The position numbers and the translations under genes were made by a program. A model generated the notes under the pieces. It had not been told where the DNA came from, made no database searches, and saw only the letters and a list, made by a program, of their open reading frames with translations. 64,000 nucleotides of DNA, from IMG/VR virus record IMGVR_UViG_3300027234_000002, positions 4,470 through 68,469 of that record. One strand, 5' to 3'. Shown here one piece after another: positions 58,457 to 64,000 of the stretch. This DNA is from a virus. Its lineage: Duplodnaviria > Caudoviricetes. Position 1 is the stretch's first letter. Every line of letters begins with the position of its first letter.

Positions 58457-58966
58457 TTAAATACCTTCACCACCAGTAAAGATGTAACTCCCAGAGCCAG
58501 CAACTTCCCTAGAAATAGCAATGTTTTTTTGACTTCTTGCTTCGACATGATTTCCTAATGCTTTTAAAAATTCTGCTTTAAAGAATAAGTACTTTGTACT
58601 ATCCATTTCATTTATTTCCTCTTTGAATCTTAATAGAAAATCTGTAACATTTGAATGCTCATCTCTACTATTATCAATTTCAAGTTTGATATCGTAATAT
58701 CCGTCTTTAAATTTCCTGAAATCTAATTGATTAAATAAATCTGCAAACTTGTTCTTTCCATGTAATACTGTAGCATGGTCTACTTTTGCTTGCCTTCCTA
58801 TGGCTGTCAATGAATATCCTTCATCCAATCCTAATCTGTAGAAGACATATCTTGCCCACACATAACCAGTTTCTCTTGTTTTCTTTGATATATCATTGAT
58901 CTTAAAATACTTACCTACTAAATCTTGTAGTGTTTTTAAGCTAAGTTCACTTCCTTTTTTACTCAT
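58457..58966 (-). CDS. Stand-alone DnaA domain IV (Bac_DnaA_C)-like HTH protein
   Basis: DI.KKTR....V.AR.VF....SL..IG....DHATV.HG, matching the DnaA C-terminal signature. Confidence 0.75.
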   Translation of the reverse strand: MSKKGSELSLKTLQDLVGKYFKINDISKKTRETGYVWARYVFYRLGLDEGYSLTAIGRQAKVDHATVLHGKNKFADLFNQLDFRKFKDGYYDIKLEIDNSRDEHSNVTDFLLRFKEEINEMDSTKYLFFKAEFLKALGNHVEARSQKNIAISREVAGSGSYIFTGGEGI

Positions 58967-59346
58967 TATTCTTCAAATTTAATTGTTCTTTTTTCTATTT
59001 TTTTTATTATCTTAAAATTTTCAAAGAAATCTCTTGGTGAATATCTACCTAAGTTCTTGACGGTGATTAAATTTCTATCCTCATCAACTTTCTCAATCTC
59101 TAATATTGTTGAATTTGGCAGTCTTATATCTCCACTAGCTACTAAATCATTTTTTAAGACATACATTTGCTTTGAATCAACATTACTATTTGTACATAAA
59201 TAACCTTTTTTAAGGTTAAGTACTATATCAGTTCTATTTTTACTGATCATTTCCATAAATGCTATTTCAGCTTCAATTTTTCTTACTCTTTCATTATGTT
59301 CATGAATTCTTTGAGCTCTTTTTCTGCCAGATTTAAGCATTTGCAA
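58966..59346 (-). CDS. Hypothetical protein
   Basis: 126-aa ORF. Confidence 0.55.
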   Translation of the reverse strand: MQMLKSGRKRAQRIHEHNERVRKIEAEIAFMEMISKNRTDIVLNLKKGYLCTNSNVDSKQMYVLKNDLVASGDIRLPNSTILEIEKVDEDRNLITVKNLGRYSPRDFFENFKIIKKIEKRTIKFEE

Positions 59347-59470
59347 TATGATTTATCACAGTTGTAATTATGAAAACTGCAATAATTGCAGCTACAGCTA
59401 TTGCTGATGACATTATTATAAATGTAGAAACACCTATTTTACTACTCGAGTAGTTTTTAAATTCTTTCAT
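59333..59470 (-). CDS. 45-aa membrane peptide (not in the ORF track)
   Basis: Hand-translated MKEFKNYSSSKIGVSTFIIMSSAIAVAAIIAVFIITTVINHIANA. Confidence 0.45.
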   Translation of the reverse strand: MKEFKNYSSSKIGVSTFIIMSSAIAVAAIIAVFIITTVINHIANA

Positions 59471-59533
59471 TCTTTATCGTATTTTATTATACTCCTACAC
59501 CCAATTGGGAACAGGAGTATAAAAGATTACTGC

Positions 59534-59770
59534 TTAATCACAAAGATATAATTTTGGTTTCCCTTCAACTATATAGTGCTTAAACAACTGATCAATATAT
59601 ACTTGATCAACTGGTTTTTTGTTGCTATGTCTTGCTTTTTTGTATTTTTCAAGCTCATGCACTTGTACTAACACTAACTTATCACTGATTTCTAGTAATC
59701 TATTTACTTTATCAGGATAACTTATTTTATTATCTGGATTTACTATCCAATTTTGTGTTGATTTATTCAT
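59534..59770 (-). CDS. Hypothetical protein
   Basis: 78-aa ORF. Confidence 0.5.
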   Translation of the reverse strand: MNKSTQNWIVNPDNKISYPDKVNRLLEISDKLVLVQVHELEKYKKARHSNKKPVDQVYIDQLFKHYIVEGKPKLYLCD

Positions 59771-59793
59771 TTTGTGATGTTTTTAAATTAATA

Positions 59794-59994
59794 CTATTTG
59801 TTTACTGTGGTTGAACTCTTAATGAATACATAGGATAACATCATCAATCCTATTGTTTGATAGAATGATATTGTTGGTAATCCAAATATTACAGGCATTA
59901 ACCAATTCCATAACCACATTACTGGCAATGCTATAACTAAACTTATTAAAATTACTGATGCTGCTGCTAATGCTAGCTTTGCTATTACTTTCAT
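59794..59994 (-). CDS. Small membrane protein
   Basis: ALPVMWLWNWLMPVIFGLP.I...Q..GL motif common in phages. Confidence 0.65.
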   Translation of the reverse strand: MKVIAKLALAAASVILISLVIALPVMWLWNWLMPVIFGLPTISFYQTIGLMMLSYVFIKSSTTVNK

Positions 59995-60027
59995 TTTTAC
60001 TTTTTTTTAAAGATTAATAATATTTTG

Positions 60028-60128
60028 AGAGGTAGATAGGATTTGAACCTATACAAAAACATTGACTAGTTATCTTTGTTTTTATCATTCCCAAACGGGA
60101 ATATGCTTTACCAATTTGCTACTACCTC
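60028..60128 (-). ncRNA. tRNA-like RNA (101 nt) without a canonical anticodon loop
   Basis: Acceptor GAGGTAG/CTACCTC, D-arm GCAAATTGGTAAAGC, T-arm ATAGG-TTCAAAT-CCTAT; anticodon position is a 7-bp stem closing GTTT; ~33-nt extra arm. Confidence 0.6.
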
Positions 60129-60226
60129 ATAACCCATCTATCCATCCATCTTATTAAACACTACTTAAATTTGATGTTGGAAATACAAGCTTTTCAGGCC
60201 AGTAATTTCAATGGGAGTGTATTTTG

Positions 60227-60298
60227 TTGACTTACAAGGACTCGAACCTTGAATACTGGCTCCAAAAGCCAGTGTGTTACCAATTACACCATAAGTCA
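60227..60298 (-). tRNA. trnQ: tRNA-Gln(UUG), 72 nt, CCA not encoded
   Basis: TGACTTA/TAAGTCA acceptor, GTGT/ACAC D-stem, CTGGC-TTTTGGA-GCCAG anticodon arm, CAAGG-TTCGAGT-CCTTG T-arm. Confidence 0.93.
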
Positions 60299-60322
60299 TT
60301 TTGTAAGTTAGCTTTAATAAAA

Positions 60323-60475
60323 TTAAAGAGATAACTTAATCCCAAGTAATTTATCAACCCAAGCAACATAATTAACTCTATCAAAGAATTTTAAGTGTGT
60401 GCTTACATTGTACATTTCGTCTTTTGTTAATTCTTTGGTATTTTCAACCAATTCTTTTATTTCGTTTATCGTCAT
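60323..60475 (-). CDS. 50-aa hypothetical protein (not in the ORF track)
   Basis: Hand-translated MTINEIKELVENTKELTKDEMYNVSTHLKFFDRVNYVAWVDKLLGIKLSL. Confidence 0.5.
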   Translation of the reverse strand: MTINEIKELVENTKELTKDEMYNVSTHLKFFDRVNYVAWVDKLLGIKLSL

Positions 60476-60502
60476 CTCTTTAATTTAAAAGTTTACTTCG
60501 TC

Positions 60503-60561
60503 AGCTAGCAAAGTATAAAATTCATTTCGTTCCTTAACGCATTTTATACAACACGTTAGGC
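60503..60561 (+). repeat. attC-like site 1 (59 bp, left core degenerate)
   Basis: AGCTAGC-AAA-GTATAAAAT...ATTTTATAC-AACAC-GTTAGGC. Confidence 0.55.
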
Positions 60562-60789
60562 GTAATAATTCCAAAGTTTAATACATCCTACAATAAATCC
60601 TATTACACCCCAAACTGTTGTCCATCCCCACCAAAGTAGTGCTAAATTACTACGCATAACATCGGTTAAAGTTAATTGCTCTTTAGTGTCTTTTTTACAT
60701 TGTTGTATTAAAGCTAAAACCATTGTAACATCTATTCTGTCACTACCATTATTTAAGTATTTTCTAAGTATTTTTTCTAATTTATCCAT
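60556..60789 (-). CDS. Small membrane protein; crosses an attC-like arm and its stop lies in the GTTAGGC core
   Basis: 77 aa; QLTLTDV encoded by the repeat arm; C-terminal TM helix. Confidence 0.6.
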   Translation of the reverse strand: MDKLEKILRKYLNNGSDRIDVTMVLALIQQCKKDTKEQLTLTDVMRSNLALLWWGWTTVWGVIGFIVGCIKLWNYYA

Positions 60790-60849
60790 TTTTATTTATT
60801 AAGTTATTTTTTAATCTACGCAACTAACCTTATTTGCGGTACGTTATAA
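60654..60849 (+). repeat. attC-like site 2 (196 bp; loop contains the start of the 60556-60789 gene)
   Basis: GCATAAC...TAAAGTTAATTGC pairs with GCAACTAACCTTA...GTTATAA (13-bp stem, G-T pairs on the - strand). Confidence 0.45.
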
Positions 60850-60857
60850 TTAATAAA

Positions 60858-60990
60858 AATGCTCGTCTTTCCGAGCTGTCACCTTGCAAAGCCCTGCCAC
60901 CAATTTACAACCTAACTACCTATTTCGGCTAACGCAGTACTCGACACCTGCGGACTACAAGGGTTTGTGGATTCGAACCACTCTCTTCTT
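60858..60990 (-). ncRNA. Candidate structured RNA: T-loop hairpin, multibranch domain and GCTCG-GAAAGA-CGAGC hairpin (possibly Flavo-1-like)
   Basis: GTGG-TTCGAAT-CCAC; CCTTGTA/TGCAAGG; CGCAG/CTGCG; terminal ACAGCTCGGAAAGACGAGC. The Flavo-1 likeness is from memory and unverified. Confidence 0.4.
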
Positions 60991-61036
60991 AAATACAATT
61001 GTAAATTTAAGGTTTATTGTTCATTAAAAAAATATT

Positions 61037-61117
61037 AAGTGGAGTATCCGGCTTTATATTCCAGACATCCAGATTTCACTCACTCGGTTTTATTATGTGA
61101 TAGCTTCAACTCCACTC
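61037..61117 (-). ncRNA. Hammerhead-like three-way junction with variant core
   Basis: Stem I GAGTGGAG/CTCCACTT, TTGAAGC in place of CTGANGA, stem II TCAC/GTGA, GAAA, stem III TCTGG/CCGGA, AUA at the NUH position. Confidence 0.4.
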
Positions 61118-61231
61118 AATTCTTTGCTGTGTTGGTACACTTTAAGCCTTACGAGCAGCTACATTCTCGATAGGGAGTGTATTATTATAACAACTATTCC
61201 ACTATTATAGATGTCATACAAATATTATACT

Positions 61232-61846
61232 TTAATCATCTAATGATGTTACAAGTTCTTTATACCATCTATTACTGTTTTCACAAGCTTGAACTTCTTT
61301 TTTGTATTGTTTTTCATGATACTTGTAATCTTCATTCAAACGATTAAGTTTTCCAGCTCTAATTGAAAATGGGGTAAGTTCTTTTAGATCTCCAAGTAAC
61401 TTCTTGAGTCTCTCAATTCTTTTAGTCTTATATTCAATATCAAAGTCAAAATTAATTGTTTGCACCAATTGATTAACCATGAAATCCTTAAATTCTTGAT
61501 GTTTATCTGTTGGTGGATTAAAGTTTTTAGCATCTTCAAGAATCTTATCAATACCTTTCCTTTTTTCTATAGCTTTAGTAAGATTCTCTTCTTCAAATGC
61601 TATACTTTTTTCACTTGCTGCAACTTTTATAGCAATCAATTCAATATTGCTAGTTTGATTTAATTCAGCAACTCTTTCTTTTATTAGTTTCATCTGATTT
61701 GGATGATAATCTGAAGGCACGCTTGGCGTGTATTCTGTTGCTCCTTCTCTAAATTGAATTAAGAAAGCTTCACTGCATTTTAATGCAAATTCTTTGAAAC
61801 TCTTTATGGTTCCATTAATTATTCCGTTTGTATATCCTGATGACAT
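61232..61846 (-). CDS. Hypothetical protein of a widespread phage family
   Basis: M..GYT..I..G....F.EFA..C..AF N-terminus; coiled coil. Confidence 0.65.
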   Translation of the reverse strand: MSSGYTNGIINGTIKSFKEFALKCSEAFLIQFREGATEYTPSVPSDYHPNQMKLIKERVAELNQTSNIELIAIKVAASEKSIAFEEENLTKAIEKRKGIDKILEDAKNFNPPTDKHQEFKDFMVNQLVQTINFDFDIEYKTKRIERLKKLLGDLKELTPFSIRAGKLNRLNEDYKYHEKQYKKEVQACENSNRWYKELVTSLDD

Positions 61847-61891
61847 AATAATTATTTTTTAAAGTTTATTTTGTTATGGATGTTATTAAAT

Positions 61892-61928
61892 AAAAAAGTG
61901 CCAGGAACATCTCACAAAACCTGGCACT
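61892..61928 (-). terminator. Intrinsic terminator
   Basis: GTGCCAGG/CCTGGCAC stem followed by TTTTTT on the - strand. Confidence 0.7.
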
Positions 61929-62016
61929 CAAACAAATCACTCCCTCACTATCATTGGGAAAATCAAAATTAGTCAATTACATAGTCCACAAAGGTCTGAC
62001 TTAATTATCTTGGATG

Positions 62017-62451
62017 TTAAATGCAAGAGTTTAGATTATATAAATCTAAGTCTGATGCAATCAATTCATCTGTAAATACTCCTTCAGAGAGTTCTACATC
62101 TCTGTATAATCTTTCATTGTTAAAATAGAATGAAGTATAATAATGATCATCTGAATTCATAGATGATACTCTTATTCTTAATACTTCAGTATTACTCTCT
62201 ACTATTTCAATATTCTGAACAGTAGATATATCTATCAATGTGTAACATACTTCAGTTTCTGATATTGATCTTCCACTTGCTTGAACATATTCTCCTTCTT
62301 CATTAAACTTAAAATAGTTTAATGATGATTCTACTTTCCAGCTTTCTTGAGCCGATAACTTGTCTAAAACATTTAGTTCTAGATCTGTGTTTTTTTCACA
62401 ACAACTCATTATTGTTATGATAATAATAAATAATGGTAATAACTTTTTCAT
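62017..62451 (-). CDS. Lipoprotein
   Basis: MKK + hydrophobic core + IMS-C lipobox, acidic residues after the Cys. Confidence 0.7.
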   Translation of the reverse strand: MKKLLPLFIIIITIMSCCEKNTDLELNVLDKLSAQESWKVESSLNYFKFNEEGEYVQASGRSISETEVCYTLIDISTVQNIEIVESNTEVLRIRVSSMNSDDHYYTSFYFNNERLYRDVELSEGVFTDELIASDLDLYNLNSCI

Positions 62452-62478
62452 TTTACTTGGTTTTAAATGTTTATTGAT

Positions 62479-62655
62479 TTAATCAAAGAGTCCATCATGT
62501 CCCGGGCTTATTAAACCTGGATTACTTGATGTATCCTCGATCTGTTTATTTTCTTCTTCTAATGTTGATATTAAATGATATGAATAATCATCTTCTTCTT
62601 CTACACATGATATAAATGCAAATGTAGATAATATTATTAGGAATATTTTTTTCAT
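62479..62655 (-). CDS. 58-aa lipoprotein (not in the ORF track)
   Basis: Hand-translated MKKIFLIILSTFAFIS-C-VEEEDD...; lipobox plus acidic stretch like the Bacteroidota lipoprotein export signal. Confidence 0.6.
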   Translation of the reverse strand: MKKIFLIILSTFAFISCVEEEDDYSYHLISTLEEENKQIEDTSSNPGLISPGHDGLFD

Positions 62656-62738
62656 TATTATTTAATTTTATTTATTTTTAATTAAATTTTACGCTACTAA
62701 TCATACTCTCTAAAGTTGTAAACACATTTAAAAACGTG

Positions 62739-63013
62739 TTACAACATTGCATATACATAATGCTAACTTTCGTCAGCATAAGCCACTACACTTTCTTCAC
62801 AGTTAGGTACAATAAAACTATTTATAAGTTCTAAACTACCTGCAAGTTCATTTACATACTTCTCTAAAGCCTCTTCTTTTGTTTCAGCTTCTACTTCATA
62901 TATAAAAGCAGTTGCTACTAATTCCGTTTCTTTAATCTTAAATTTTGCCATTTCGTTTTATATTTAATTTTCGTTTATTTTAATCGCACTATTCATATAC
63001 CAATACGTTATGT
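62739..63013 (+). repeat. attC-like site 3 (275 bp; loop encloses the whole 62-aa ORF)
   Basis: TTACAAC-ATT-GCATATACATAATGC ... GCACTATTCATATAC-CAATAC-GTTATGT. Confidence 0.6.
62763..62951 (-). CDS. Hypothetical protein (62 aa)
   Basis: EVEAETKEEALEK motif; lies wholly within repeat site 3. Confidence 0.6.
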   Translation of the reverse strand: MAKFKIKETELVATAFIYEVEAETKEEALEKYVNELAGSLELINSFIVPNCEESVVAYADES

Positions 63014-63241
63014 GCCATTTGGAGGAAGCACCATAATGACCTCATCAGGTAAAAAAAGCACTTTTTGCTCTTTCCATTGAAGCTCTAAGTATTTTCCAAC
63101 ATATCCAATCACATTAAAAAACTTGCCCCTATGCTTTTTTTTCTCATTTTCAACTTCGGGTTTTAATCTTACCCAAGAACCAACGGCATATAACAGCACA
63201 TTGGCGTTATTGCTTTGTTCTTCATTTTTAAGTTCTGTCAT
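63008..63241 (-). CDS. Hypothetical protein, SH3/KOW-like
   Basis: NANVLLYAV encoded by an orphan repeat arm; VGSWVRLK...F.VIGY; stop lies in the GTTATGT core. Confidence 0.55.
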   Translation of the reverse strand: MTELKNEEQSNNANVLLYAVGSWVRLKPEVENEKKKHRGKFFNVIGYVGKYLELQWKEQKVLFLPDEVIMVLPPNGT

Positions 63242-63301
63242 ATCTTTAAATTTTGTGTTTCAAATTAAGTTTTCAGAGACACCTACTACAAGCCTTTCGG
63301 C

Positions 63302-63435
63302 ACACAACTATGGTTAAATGTAATACCTATCCAAGTATAACATCCCATTGAGTGTCAAAATTTAAATCTTTCATCGTGTATTATTTAAAGTTATAGTAGA
63401 TTTGTCGGTACTACACTTAGCCGTTTCAGTTGTAA
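63302..63435 (+). repeat. attC-like site 4 (134 bp)
   Basis: ACACAAC-TAT-GGTTAAATGTAATACC ... GGTACTACACTTAGCC-GTTTCA-GTTGTAA. Confidence 0.6.
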
Positions 63436-63439
63436 AACA

Positions 63440-63742
63440 TTAAAGGTTTAGGTCAAAAGACTTCCAACATTTAAAGTTGGTTATTGCATTTAGTTCACTT
63501 ACTTCATCGTATTTTAAACCACTCATCAAGGCTCGTTTTTTATAACCAGCAATAAATGCATCTTTCAAGGTAGGTGTTTCTTTATCTTTTAACGTTTCAC
63601 AACAACGTGTAACAGTAATAGCTTCTGCGTACATTTTTGCAAACTCAAAGACGTTTGTTAGGTTGTCACTTATTCCAGTACTTGTTAGTTCTGTAAATGG
63701 TTTCTTTTCTTGTAAACTTTCGTAAAATTCTTTTGGTGTCAT
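63440..63742 (-). CDS. Hypothetical protein (likely start ATG 63742)
   Basis: ITVTRCC encoded by an orphan repeat arm at 63597-63622. Confidence 0.55.
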   Translation of the reverse strand: MTPKEFYESLQEKKPFTELTSTGISDNLTNVFEFAKMYAEAITVTRCCETLKDKETPTLKDAFIAGYKKRALMSGLKYDEVSELNAITNFKCWKSFDLNL

Positions 63743-63747
63743 AATTT

Positions 63748-63864
63748 CTACCTGTTTATAATCCAACCACTATTTCGGTTGATGGATTTGGTTGAACATT
63801 TTGTAGTTGATGCACAAGAACTGCACAACACTAGCACGATTAATAATACTAATACTTTTTTCAT
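63748..63864 (-). CDS. 38-aa lipopeptide (not in the ORF track)
   Basis: Hand-translated MKKVLVLLIVLVLCSS-C-ASTTKC... Confidence 0.55.
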   Translation of the reverse strand: MKKVLVLLIVLVLCSSCASTTKCSTKSINRNSGWIINR

Positions 63865-64000
63865 AATACATCTCTTTTTTTGTTATATTTTTCTTTTGCC
63901 TACTACGACATACGTGTGTACTCTTTATTTAATAGTGATACTTATTTTTCCCAAAACCCACTAAGAGTTTCTTTACTATTAAGCGTCTACTATTACACCA

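Noticed and set aside
60181-60224. Theta (HDV-like) ribozyme behind tRNA-Gln
   Set aside because: Position fits, but there is no G at +1 and the stems are nested rather than double-pseudoknotted.
61136-61183. Twister ribozyme
   Set aside because: ACACU...UAAAGUGU resembles P2, but the GC T2 strand, the AAGCC loop and the GA+T1 strand are absent.
63823-63845. Additional attC-like left arm (GCACAAC-ACT)
   Set aside because: It falls in a lipoprotein signal-peptide coding sequence and has no complementary arm in the window.
1350-63964. Short antisense or overlapping ORFs in the track (e.g. 1350-1583, 5264-5518, 15480-15929, 26547-26846, 42199-42732, 55392-55754, 63123-63317, 63779-63964)
   Set aside because: They are shadows of longer, motif-bearing genes or cross terminators and RNA elements; no independent motifs.
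1-64000. Stop-codon reassignment as in some Crassvirales
   Set aside because: Genes up to 7 kb are uninterrupted in the standard code; TAG and TGA act as real stops (e.g. TAG at 3526-3528); the only clear tRNA is Gln(UUG), not a suppressor.
63975-64000. Start of another tRNA (GGTGTAATAGTAGACGC, - strand) or the right arm matching 63597-63622
   Set aside because: No pairing anticodon stem or T-arm follows, and the arm match is only TACT(A/G)TTACAC. It is cut by the window edge, so it cannot be resolved.
55200-64000. CRISPR array, DGR or retron explanation for the repeats
   Set aside because: No regularly spaced identical repeats, no template/variable repeat pair with A-specific differences, and no cas or reverse transcriptase gene in the window.

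Overview
A 64-kb segment of a crAss-like (Crassvirales) lytic phage genome, AT-rich and in the standard genetic code, probably infecting an environmental Bacteroidota (Flavobacteriia-like) host. The + strand (1-35.8 kb) carries the virion module: major capsid C-terminus, auxiliary capsid, ring proteins, cadherin-like proteins, metallophosphoesterase, IHF-like protein, 1354-aa tail stabilization/muzzle protein and six injected cargo proteins, including a 2329-aa virion RNA polymerase with a DFDID motif. A bidirectional terminator at ~35.85 kb separates it from the - strand replication/early block: PD-(D/E)XK nuclease, SP-lyase-like radical SAM, RusA-like resolvase, vWA + MoxR ATPase, primase, AAA_24 ATPase, HAD, dNMP kinase, ATP ligase, DnaB and SF2 helicases, SPFH protein, stand-alone DnaA domain IV, and many small ORFs. 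No DNA polymerase, terminase, portal or integrase is in the window. The most unusual signals are non-coding and all lie at 55-64 kb. (1) An array of attC-like imperfect inverted repeats whose loops enclose gene starts or whole ORFs, with stop codons inside the GTT cores. (2) A ~0.8-kb tandem duplication of a three-motif structured RNA unit with compensatory base changes, upstream of the SPFH gene. (3) A hammerhead-like fold with a variant core, a tRNA-like RNA without a normal anticodon loop, and a 148-nt RNA with twin GGCC loops. In the virion module, AT-rich domains are strung between repeated KPTQQ(T/S)SEV linkers in a 1981-aa cargo protein. All family assignments are by motif recognition from memory and all folds were done by hand; no searches or folding programs were run.
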